Part shown: positions 54,017 through 62,092 of the stretch, piece by piece
Layout of the letters: each line of letters opens with the position of its first letter
Position numbering within the stretch: the first letter of the stretch is position 1
Source of the DNA: Clostridiales bacterium
GTDB taxonomy: Bacteria > Bacillota > Clostridia > Oscillospirales > CAG-272
Reading direction: 5' to 3'
Length of the DNA: 64,000 bases
Assembly: GCA_022791685.1 (NCBI GenBank)
Contig: JAAVZO010000042.1
Location: 13,479 to 77,478 of the forward strand
Position numbers and translations under genes: made by a program
Notes under the pieces: model-generated
What the model saw: the letters and a program-made list of their open reading frames with translations, nothing else
What the model was told of the DNA's origin: nothing
Database searches by the model: none

Positions 54017-56080
54017 TCATGCCTCAGCGAGTGCCGGAGAGGGTGTAACCATTTTCATCTCCTGAGCCTTTTCAGCCTCAGCGTTTACATCCGCCATATT
54101 GCGGAAAGTTGGAACGACCGATCTCAGCGCGTTTCTGACTGTATCGTCATCCTCCGTAAGCACCGCCTTGCGCAGCACATCAAGCTTATTGTTGATTTCA
54201 TCCATCATAAGCGGTGTGTCGCGCTCGATAAATATCAAACTGTTGTCAGTTTTATCAAGTTCTTCAGTGCGAATGAGCAGCTCCTCATAAAGCTTCTCAC
54301 CGGGACGGAGTCCAGTCTCGATAATATCGATATCCTTATACGGTTCATAACCGCTGAGCTTGATCATATTCTTAGCAAGCTCCATGATCTGAACCGGCTT
54401 ACCCATATCAAGTACAAACAGCTCACCGTTCTTTGCCATAGCTCCAGACTGCAATACCAGTTGGCTCGCTTCCGGAATGGTCATAAAGTAACGAATGATA
54501 CGCTTATCAGTTATCGTAATCGGACCGCCGTTCATAATCTGCCGCTTAAACAGTGGAATTACAGAACCAGCGCTTCCAAGTACATTTCCGAATCGAGTAG
54601 CACTGAATACGGTTTTATGCGTACCATCACCAGTCATACGGCTGTGACTCTGCACTATCATCTCACACATACGCTTAGTCGCACCCATAACATTTGTCGG
54701 GTTGACCGCCTTGTCAGTAGATACCATAATGAATCTTCCGACACCGTATTTTTCTGCAAGCTCAACTGTATTGAGAGTTCCGAATACATTGTTTTTCACC
54801 GCTTCACAACAGTTATGCTCCATAAGTGGAACGTGCTTGTGAGCAGCCGCATGAAGCAAAATATCCGGATGATACGTTGCAAAAACCTTTTCAAGTCCGA
54901 CTCTATCACATACAGATACGATCTCGACCTGTAAATTGAGCTTAGAGCCATACGCTATACGAAGCTCCTGCTGAACATCGTATGCTCCATTTTCATACAC
55001 ATCAAGTATGATAAGCTGCTTTGGATTCATTTTTGCGATTTGTCTTGAAAGCTCGCTTCCAATTGATCCTCCGCCGCCAGTTATAAGTATTACCTTATCA
55101 CGGTAATATGCCTTGGTCTTTGCATTATTAAACTCGATCGGCTGTCTGAATAACAGCTCTTCTATATCAAACTCGCGCAAATGGCGCTTGCCAGTTCCGG
55201 CAGTGCGCATTGTCGGATAATCATAAATTTTAATTTTGCAGCCAGTTTGCTTGTAGTATTCATATAGCTCTTTACGAGCTTCAGCACTGATCTGCGGCAG
55301 TGCAAATACTATCTCCTGCACACCAAGCCCATTTAGCCTGTCGTGTGTCGCTTCACGCTCAGAAAGCACTGGGATACCATAAATACTGCGTCCGATCTTT
55401 TCTTTTTTTATATCAATGAAACAACATGGCGTATAAGAAGCAGTTGGATTATTCAATAGCTCATCAGCAAGTGCTGTTCCAACGCGTCCAGCTCCTACTA
55501 TCGCGATTTTAATTCGCGTATCCTCAAGTTTCCCACTTTTTACTTCATCAGGATCTATCGCAACACCAGTTAATATATGCAGGAATTTGCGTAAAAAACT
55601 TCCAAGTTTAGTAGGCTGATCGACAAACTGATAAATATAATTATATATAATTCGCATCGTTATTGCGCCTAAAAGATTCAGGCAAACGATCGAAAATGTA
55701 CGTATAAATACGATATGCTCTATTGGAAGCAGAGATTCGAGAATAAAATATAATATTCCACCGATAACATCTGCAACGATAAGATGGACATACGCTTTCA
55801 TTCCGCCGTAACGCCAAATCTGGCGGTATACATCAGCAACAAAACGCATACCAAATATACATATAACTCCAAGAAAAATCTGGGTGAAATTTCCAACTAT
55901 AGATAATCCAGCGTTATCACTCGGATGAAGCACTATCAATAAAAAGCATACCACCAGATACATAAGAAAATCATACAATACCAGCAGCCATCTTACATGA
56001 AATGTCTTCGACCTTAAGCCTTGAATACTATCTTTTTTGTTTTCATTATTCTGGTTATTTGTTTTAGATGGTGTTTCCAT
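54017..56080 (-). CDS. Membrane-anchored polysaccharide biosynthesis protein, CapD/PglF/WbpM-type NDP-sugar 4,6-dehydratase
   Basis: Four N-terminal TM helices, then Rossmann motifs IAIVGAGRVGTALA and ILITGGGGSIGSEL, then a short-chain dehydratase core (MGATKR). Confidence 0.9.
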   Translation of the reverse strand: METPSKTNNQNNENKKDSIQGLRSKTFHVRWLLVLYDFLMYLVVCFLLIVLHPSDNAGLSIVGNFTQIFLGVICIFGMRFVADVYRQIWRYGGMKAYVHLIVADVIGGILYFILESLLPIEHIVFIRTFSIVCLNLLGAITMRIIYNYIYQFVDQPTKLGSFLRKFLHILTGVAIDPDEVKSGKLEDTRIKIAIVGAGRVGTALADELLNNPTASYTPCCFIDIKKEKIGRSIYGIPVLSEREATHDRLNGLGVQEIVFALPQISAEARKELYEYYKQTGCKIKIYDYPTMRTAGTGKRHLREFDIEELLFRQPIEFNNAKTKAYYRDKVILITGGGGSIGSELSRQIAKMNPKQLIILDVYENGAYDVQQELRIAYGSKLNLQVEIVSVCDRVGLEKVFATYHPDILLHAAAHKHVPLMEHNCCEAVKNNVFGTLNTVELAEKYGVGRFIMVSTDKAVNPTNVMGATKRMCEMIVQSHSRMTGDGTHKTVFSATRFGNVLGSAGSVIPLFKRQIMNGGPITITDKRIIRYFMTIPEASQLVLQSGAMAKNGELFVLDMGKPVQIMELAKNMIKLSGYEPYKDIDIIETGLRPGEKLYEELLIRTEELDKTDNSLIFIERDTPLMMDEINNKLDVLRKAVLTEDDDTVRNALRSVVPTFRNMADVNAEAEKAQEMKMVTPSPALAEA

Positions 56081-56086
56081 TAGTAA

Positions 56087-56095
56087 CCCCCCCCC
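56087..56095 (-). repeat. G9 homopolymer (C9 on plus strand) 6 nt upstream of the CapD-like start codon
   Basis: Direct count of nine C at 56087-56095. On the coding strand this reads GGGGGGGGGTTACTAATG, so the tract occupies the Shine-Dalgarno position. Confidence 0.95.
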
Positions 56096-56133
56096 GACTT
56101 TAAATTGTTTTATGTCGGTTTACTGCAACTTTT

Positions 56134-57123
56134 TTAATCTGTGCATTTTTTATAAAAAAGATTTATTACTATTTCCTGTACCGCTGATTCATCGACATAA
56201 TACTCCATGTAAGTATCACCGAGAACAGCTTCTCCATCAAGCGGGATTATACCCTGATATTCATATTCACTAAGTTTGTTATTAAGAGTTGACAACTGCT
56301 GCACTGTGAAATCAGATGCCATATATTCATTAACACTCAGCAGTGTGTCTACTACATTTAGTCCAGATATCTTATCTGTACCAAAATATTGATTAAATAA
56401 TGCCTCAATATATTGACGCTGACGTTCCATACGATGAAGATTCGTACTATCTTCAAGGCTCGAACGTGCACGTACATAAACCAGCGCTTGCCTTCCCATA
56501 AGAGTGTGCGTCGAACCCTTAGTAAAATCATCGCCAAGTTCATATAAATCGTCCATCAATTCAACTGTAACGCCACCGACAGCATCATTAAGTATCGGTA
56601 TAGCGTCCATAGTCAGTGACAAATAATGATCAATATCGACATTGTAAAGCAAATTTTTAACAGCGCTGACTGTATTTTTACAGCGCTGTGTCTCATCTTT
56701 ACCATATGTATGTGCAAGTGCTAGCTGACCAATAAATGAGTTTGCAGTTTTTCCATCTACATTGATCGTCGGAATGCTCGTCATTGTATCACGATTGAGA
56801 TGAAGAATCTTAAATGTCTTCTCACTATCATTCATAACAACTAAAGCAAGGAAGTCCGACTGCTTTGAATCCGAGCCCGCCAACTCGTCAACGCCTATTA
56901 CAAGCATTGTGGATATTTTTTTGTTCAGCTCATACCAGTCTGAATCATAAAATATCCGCGCTCCATCATCCGGTGGTATATTGTCACCATATATGTTGCT
57001 ATCCGCATTTTCGGCCTTATTGACCATATAATCAATAAGACCGAAAACGGATATTAGCAATAATGCAATGCCTACAATACAGATGACCGGATAAAGAGCT
57101 TTCTTACCGGTGCGAATCTGCAT
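56134..57123 (-). CDS. LytR-CpsA-Psr (LCP) family cell-envelope glycopolymer transferase
   Basis: A single N-terminal TM helix, then the LCP core (MLVIGVDE...SDFLALVVMN...ILHLNRDT). Confidence 0.85.
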   Translation of the reverse strand: MQIRTGKKALYPVICIVGIALLLISVFGLIDYMVNKAENADSNIYGDNIPPDDGARIFYDSDWYELNKKISTMLVIGVDELAGSDSKQSDFLALVVMNDSEKTFKILHLNRDTMTSIPTINVDGKTANSFIGQLALAHTYGKDETQRCKNTVSAVKNLLYNVDIDHYLSLTMDAIPILNDAVGGVTVELMDDLYELGDDFTKGSTHTLMGRQALVYVRARSSLEDSTNLHRMERQRQYIEALFNQYFGTDKISGLNVVDTLLSVNEYMASDFTVQQLSTLNNKLSEYEYQGIIPLDGEAVLGDTYMEYYVDESAVQEIVINLFYKKCTD

Positions 57124-57124
57124 T

Positions 57125-57811
57125 TTAGTCGTCGCGACGGCTCTTTACTACAAATGCAGCGCCTGCTCCAGCGAAAGATACCGAAGCGAGAACGATAGCA
57201 GCAGTAGAAACACCGGTCTGAGGCGACTTAGTATCGCCATCAACAGCCGGAGCTGCACCATTGTCAACTACGATAGCAAACGGGGAGAGCGAGCTTACGG
57301 TTACTATGATTTCACCGTCAGCACCACGACGAGAAGGCTCAACCTTCCATCCATCGCTGGTCTTGTGGATAAGAACAACACTATCATCTGCTGTAATATC
57401 ACTGGCCTTCAATGTAACATCTATTGCACCATTTGCAAAAACCGTGTCTGCATTACCTACAACAGAAACATCAAAAACATGTGAAATCACTGCATTTTCA
57501 AGCGGTGCTCCACTGGTAGCTGCTGCCCAAGAATCTGCAAAACCTGGGACAAGATTTGTCAACTCATTTCCTCTGAGTTCAGTAAGAGCAACATTTAATG
57601 CTTCTCTGATCTGAACGGTTGATTCAGAGGTATCATTAAGCGATACGACTAAAAGGCTTCCATCATCGAGAGCGTTTCCGGCAGCATCATTTGCAGTCAC
57701 TGTAGGAACATTCTTGTTCTCAATACTTGGCACAGTCGTCGCAGCCGCCGCAGAGACCGAAAGGAGTGCAGCGGTAAGATAGAGTGTGACAAAATTACGA
57801 ATGCGTTTCAT
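57125..57811 (-). CDS. Small secreted cell-wall-anchored protein with an SPQTG sorting signal (228 aa)
   Basis: It has a signal peptide. The C-terminal SPQTG (57212-57226) is followed by the hydrophobic stretch VSTAAIVLASVSFAGAGAAFVV and the charged tail KSRRDD. Confidence 0.75.
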   Translation of the reverse strand: MKRIRNFVTLYLTAALLSVSAAAATTVPSIENKNVPTVTANDAAGNALDDGSLLVVSLNDTSESTVQIREALNVALTELRGNELTNLVPGFADSWAAATSGAPLENAVISHVFDVSVVGNADTVFANGAIDVTLKASDITADDSVVLIHKTSDGWKVEPSRRGADGEIIVTVSSLSPFAIVVDNGAAPAVDGDTKSPQTGVSTAAIVLASVSFAGAGAAFVVKSRRDD

Positions 57812-57825
57812 AATTTTTCTCCTTA

Positions 57826-58755
57826 CTAAAATATTTTATTATTGTTTTCCATAGACATGATATCAGTTTGATCTACGATATCATCCTGAAAAACAGCAAT
57901 AACAAGATAACGTTTTGTGCTGTCGCCGTTAAGGCAAGTGGATAAAATTATCACTCTGTCTCCAGGTTCAACAGTAACAGTATCATCAAAGTTCGCACCT
58001 ATGCTGCGAATCTTTTTGACACCTTTGAAAAAATTATTGTACCAATAGTCATTACTGAAATCATACGTATAAAGTATGTGCTTATTATCATATGGTACCG
58101 CTGCAAAAACCTTATAGTATCGCACCTCATTTTCAAGAGAGATCTTGATCATATTGTGCTTCTTAAAGCTTTCAGCGTCGGAATATGTAGATTGAAGTGA
58201 CCCAAACAAGGTTTTATTCCGCATAGTATGTCCGTAAATAACAGTAACTGGATCATCAAAATCTGTTGAATTATATTTAGATTCTGTAAAAATTGATCCG
58301 CCTATATAGTACTTACCTTTATAATCGGTGGTAAGATATTTTGAATCGTTCGTAGGACTTTGAAGTATGGGATGATCAACTGGGGTGCCTTCAATTTCAA
58401 TCCAAGCATATATATCTGGATTGATTTCATGATACTTATCAAAATCAAGCAGAGGTTCAGACTCGACCGGCTTTGGTGGCTCTGTAGTCTCAGGCTCTGT
58501 TGAAGTCTCTTGAGTATCCTCGTCAGTATTGATTGATGTAGTATCATCAAATACATCTGAACTGCTATCTTCTATTGTATCACTGTCCGTATCAGATGTT
58601 AAATCATCTGTAACATATATCTTGGGAAGATTTCTTAGATCATCTAAATCATCGTTCACTTCTTTATCGCGCACAAATAACGCTACCCACCATGTTAATA
58701 ATGCAACAGCTATCACAAAGCAAACTATTCCTACTATAAGTAAACCACGTTTCAT
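57826..58755 (-). CDS. srtB: Class B sortase
   Basis: An N-terminal TM anchor and an acidic Asp/Thr/Ser-rich linker. The catalytic His context is VIYGHTM and the Cys context is IILSTC. The N-terminal region IYAWIEIEGTPVDHPILQ is typical of class B. Confidence 0.85.
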   Translation of the reverse strand: MKRGLLIVGIVCFVIAVALLTWWVALFVRDKEVNDDLDDLRNLPKIYVTDDLTSDTDSDTIEDSSSDVFDDTTSINTDEDTQETSTEPETTEPPKPVESEPLLDFDKYHEINPDIYAWIEIEGTPVDHPILQSPTNDSKYLTTDYKGKYYIGGSIFTESKYNSTDFDDPVTVIYGHTMRNKTLFGSLQSTYSDAESFKKHNMIKISLENEVRYYKVFAAVPYDNKHILYTYDFSNDYWYNNFFKGVKKIRSIGANFDDTVTVEPGDRVIILSTCLNGDSTKRYLVIAVFQDDIVDQTDIMSMENNNKIF

Positions 58756-59606
58756 ATCAGAACACCATCCGGTCTGATGATTGATTTTTTAGCCTTCTGC
58801 ATTAGCAGTTGAAATCCATGATCCAACATTTTTTTAGTAACAATATCACCGAGCTGCTCTCGAACTATCTCATATGCCTCTCCAAGGACTGGTCGTCTCG
58901 ATGTCATATTATGACAATCGGAGCCAAGCAAATGTATACGGCCTTCAGAAACCATGTTCAGCGCTTTTCGACGGCTAAACCGCTTAATAAAGAATGAAGC
59001 ATTTGATTGGATCAGTACACCTTCACGTATAAGCAATTCGATCACATCTTCTTTCTGATCGTTCAAATATCGCTCAATATGCGCAAGAATAATATGATAA
59101 TTACTCCTGCTGTTCAGTTCAAGTATATCGTCGATCATCCGCGTTGACCATTTGCCATGCAGCATTTCAACCAGCAGCAGCTTAGTATTTCCAATACACA
59201 GCAACTCAAGCTCTTCCATAGTAGTAATACCTTCAAAGTACTCAACCTCTGCACCAGCTATCAAAACCGGAAAAGGTGTAGTTATATGCTGCTTCAGAAG
59301 TGCAAACGATCTTTGCCGCTTCATAATAAAATGCTCTGGATCATCATTTTTTGCATAAAAATGTGGTGTTAGAACAATACAGCACACGCCCTGCTTTACA
59401 GATTCATAGATCATTTGCAGACTTTCGCCAAGCGAACGGCTTCCATCATCCATCATAGGGAGAATATGTGTGTGAAAGTCAATCAGCCGACCAGACGGAG
59501 TCTCGAAGCCACTGCTTTGATTATCCGCAGTCTTAATCGGTTGATTTACCGTAATAATATCCCCCTCTTGCATAGCTACCATAACGTTTTTTGTAATATC
59601 CGTCAT
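58752..59606 (-). CDS. CpsB/YwqE-type PHP-family protein-tyrosine phosphatase
   Basis: IDFHTHILPMMDDGS motif. The ORF has a ~40-aa N-terminal extension that overlaps the kinase gene by up to 74 nt, so the true start is uncertain (alternatives at 59582 and 59573). Confidence 0.8.
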   Translation of the reverse strand: MTDITKNVMVAMQEGDIITVNQPIKTADNQSSGFETPSGRLIDFHTHILPMMDDGSRSLGESLQMIYESVKQGVCCIVLTPHFYAKNDDPEHFIMKRQRSFALLKQHITTPFPVLIAGAEVEYFEGITTMEELELLCIGNTKLLLVEMLHGKWSTRMIDDILELNSRSNYHIILAHIERYLNDQKEDVIELLIREGVLIQSNASFFIKRFSRRKALNMVSEGRIHLLGSDCHNMTSRRPVLGEAYEIVREQLGDIVTKKMLDHGFQLLMQKAKKSIIRPDGVLI

Positions 59607-60291
59607 TTACATCTACGCAATTGACTACGAAACCAAGTACATTCACGTTGTGGAATTTCAGCTGATTCATAGCGCTCTTGAGTGCTCGCTTGTCAACATA
59701 ATTCTGACGAGTGACCACAATCATCCCGTGCAGCAGACCTGAAACAATAAGCGCATCCGAGACCGCATCAATCGGCGGAAGGTCAAGAATTATTATATCA
59801 TATTTAGACGAGAGCAGTTCAAGTGTTGCGCTCATACGTCTTGAAGAAAGCAGTTCAGTTGGGTTAGGTACAGTATCTCCTGCAGATATTATTGAAAGAT
59901 TTTTATGATACTCTGTACCGCGTACAATATTTGAACCGTTACTTACTCCAGCAAGCAAATTACTCAGTCCAGGAGACTGCGACATTTCAAATATCTTATG
60001 TATCTGCGAAAGACGCATATCAGCGTCAATAAGCAATACTTTCTTACCCATCTCGGCAAAAGAATATGCTAAATTAGACGAAGTAGTTGATTTGCCTTCT
60101 CCTCTAATTGAACTTGTAATTCCAATTATGCGGCATTCTTTTTCATCTGCAAAACTGAACATTACATTTGTGCGCAAACGCTTATATGCTTCTTTAGCTG
60201 CAAAATTAAGATTTTCGCCCACAAATTTTGCTCTGGATGAATCATCATCCTTAGGAGCTACACTAGTATATTTTTTTAAATTCATAGCCAT
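59533..60291 (-). CDS. BY-kinase, CpsD/YwqD-type protein-tyrosine kinase (cytoplasmic subunit)
   Basis: Walker A GEGKST, Walker A' LLIDADMR, Walker B ILDLPP and a C-terminal tyrosine cluster YYKKRYGSYARGGYYYG. Confidence 0.9.
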   Translation of the reverse strand: MAMNLKKYTSVAPKDDDSSRAKFVGENLNFAAKEAYKRLRTNVMFSFADEKECRIIGITSSIRGEGKSTTSSNLAYSFAEMGKKVLLIDADMRLSQIHKIFEMSQSPGLSNLLAGVSNGSNIVRGTEYHKNLSIISAGDTVPNPTELLSSRRMSATLELLSSKYDIIILDLPPIDAVSDALIVSGLLHGMIVVTRQNYVDKRALKSAMNQLKFHNVNVLGFVVNCVDVNDGYYKKRYGSYARGGYYYGKSTD

Positions 60292-60315
60292 ATCTATGTT
60301 TTAATTATACCTCTG

Positions 60316-61080
60316 TTACATTTTATGTATATTTGTCTGTTCTGCATTATTACCATAATGCTTATACGCCGACGATTTGCATTTACTCATATCAGGTATA
60401 GCTGCTAGTATAGGAAGTCCATAAGTCTCAGAGAGATAATCTTCATCGTGTACAGTATTATTGAGAAGGTCAATAATCATAATAACTCCCACACTCGCAA
60501 CAAGCCCGAGAAGCACACCCATCATAGCAAATTTGCTATAGCTCGGTGAAGATCTATGAGAAGCAACAACAGCATTATCGACTATACGAACTGAACATCC
60601 ATCAATGATATCAGCGATCCTATCAGGAATCACCTTAACTATTGTGTCTACAATAAGCTTCGCTTCGACTGGGTCTGTATTTGTCACAACAACTTCAAAA
60701 ATTTCAGTGCTATTTACCGACTTAGCCTGAACCATGCCAAGCAATTGCTCATATGTATAATCAAGACCCGCAGTTGAAATAACCTCTTCAAGAGTTTCAC
60801 GTGTCTTAAGTATCTCTACATACAAGGGCAAAAGCTTGCTTGCTACATTCAAATCGTTCAGAGACAGCGACACACTACTTCCAAGCGATATTGAACCGTT
60901 ATTTACATAAAGCTTAGCCTTTGACTCATATGTCGGTGTCACCATAAACATAGCATAAGAAAATGCGATCGCACCGCATACGATCATACTGAGTACGATT
61001 ATCCATGCACGGTGCCATAAAACTTTCATTAAATGCAGCAGGTCTATTTCAACTTCATTATTTGCAGCAGTGTTTTTCAT
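60316..61080 (-). CDS. CpsC/YwqC (Wzz-like) chain-length-determinant / kinase transmembrane modulator
   Basis: Two TM helices flank an extracellular domain. The N-terminal EIDLLHLMKVLWHRAWIIVL is typical of the family. It sits directly upstream of the BY-kinase. Confidence 0.85.
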   Translation of the reverse strand: MKNTAANNEVEIDLLHLMKVLWHRAWIIVLSMIVCGAIAFSYAMFMVTPTYESKAKLYVNNGSISLGSSVSLSLNDLNVASKLLPLYVEILKTRETLEEVISTAGLDYTYEQLLGMVQAKSVNSTEIFEVVVTNTDPVEAKLIVDTIVKVIPDRIADIIDGCSVRIVDNAVVASHRSSPSYSKFAMMGVLLGLVASVGVIMIIDLLNNTVHDEDYLSETYGLPILAAIPDMSKCKSSAYKHYGNNAEQTNIHKM

Positions 61081-61315
61081 TTTATTTAATCAATCCCCCA
61101 TGGTCCAGCTTATCATACGGCCGCGTTGACTCAAAAAGTATCTATTATAACAGAATATTCAATGATACTTGTAGCAATTACTGTGCATGCCGCCGTTATT
61201 CAAAAGCAATTTCCGTTAACTTTAAACAATCAATTAGAAATATATGTATATTATATGAAAGTGCATACATTAAACCATCAAAATTCGACTCAATACACAT
61301 ACTTTCTGTTATAAA

Positions 61316-61344
61316 ATTATAGCATATAATCTCCTGATTGTCAA
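61316..61344 (-). promoter_or_regulatory. Sigma-70-type promoter of the cps-like operon
   Basis: On the minus strand: TTGACA (61339-61344), 17-nt spacer, TATAAT (61316-61321). It predicts a ~235-nt leader. Confidence 0.45.
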
Positions 61345-61511
61345 TACCCGTAGTCAAATAAATCTCAGTAATATTTTCATTTCGTAGAAACTAATATTAT
61401 TTTTTACCTATTTAATACTAGTTTTTGTCAGTTTGGCACTCCAAACAATTTACACTAAAATTGGGTAAATTCACATATAACAACCGAGTATTCGATAAAC
61501 CTATCAAATCT

Positions 61512-61544
61512 AAAAGTCTCCATTTGATGAGATAGGAGACTTTT
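61512..61544 (-). terminator. Terminator downstream of nrdG
   Basis: Stem aaaagtctcc / ggagactttt (61512-61521 / 61535-61544). On the minus strand a T-run follows. Confidence 0.6.
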
Positions 61545-61567
61545 AAATATAAAATTAGTTTGTAAAA

Positions 61568-62092
61568 TTACTTATCCCACAATACGATCTGTCCGCTGGC
61601 GAGTGTTGCCTTCATATCGATCAGACGCTGGTTTGACGAACCACGAAAACGAAGTGATAGATTCTTCTTTGCCTCAACAAATCGTCCATCGACCAGCACA
61701 TCAATAAGGCTGAGCAGCGGCAGCGTCACCTCGCAGTTCGAATGTGAGCCATCCATCAATAGCTCTTCAAGCGTAAATCCAGAATACGCCCATATTGTCT
61801 TATCCGGATAGCACTCATGGACCTTAGCTACAAACGGCAGTAATGCTCGCTGATTCGACGGCTCAAACGGCTCTCCGCCAAGTATCGTCAACCCACAGAT
61901 ATAATCGGGTGCGAGTAATTTCAATATACTTTTCTCTGTATCTTCAGTGAATGGCTTGCCGTAGTTAAAGTCCCACGTTTCAGGCTGAAAACAGTGTTCG
62001 CAGTGATTCGTGCAGCCCGATACGAACAGCGACACACGTACACCGACACCATTAGCAATATCGCAGCTTTTAATATTTCCGTAATTCATCAC
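61568..62092 (-). CDS. nrdG: Anaerobic ribonucleoside-triphosphate reductase activating protein (radical SAM)
   Basis: CTNHCEHCFQPETW (CxxxCxxC). The ~174 aa length fits. It overlaps nrdD by 4 nt. Confidence 0.9.
   Translation of the reverse strand: MMNYGNIKSCDIANGVGVRVSLFVSGCTNHCEHCFQPETWDFNYGKPFTEDTEKSILKLLAPDYICGLTILGGEPFEPSNQRALLPFVAKVHECYPDKTIWAYSGFTLEELLMDGSHSNCEVTLPLLSLIDVLVDGRFVEAKKNLSLRFRGSSNQRLIDMKATLASGQIVLWDK

Noticed and set aside
61145-61314. 11-bp perfect inverted repeat (ttataacagaa at 61145-61155 / ttctgttataa at 61304-61314) flanking 148 bp in the cps leader. It could be an invertible promoter switch.
   Set aside because: The repeat is short and made of A/T-rich, -10-like sequence in a very A/T-rich 490-bp region, so it could arise by chance. 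No recombinase gene is nearby, and the best promoter lies outside the segment. It is worth a read-orientation check only if raw data are available.
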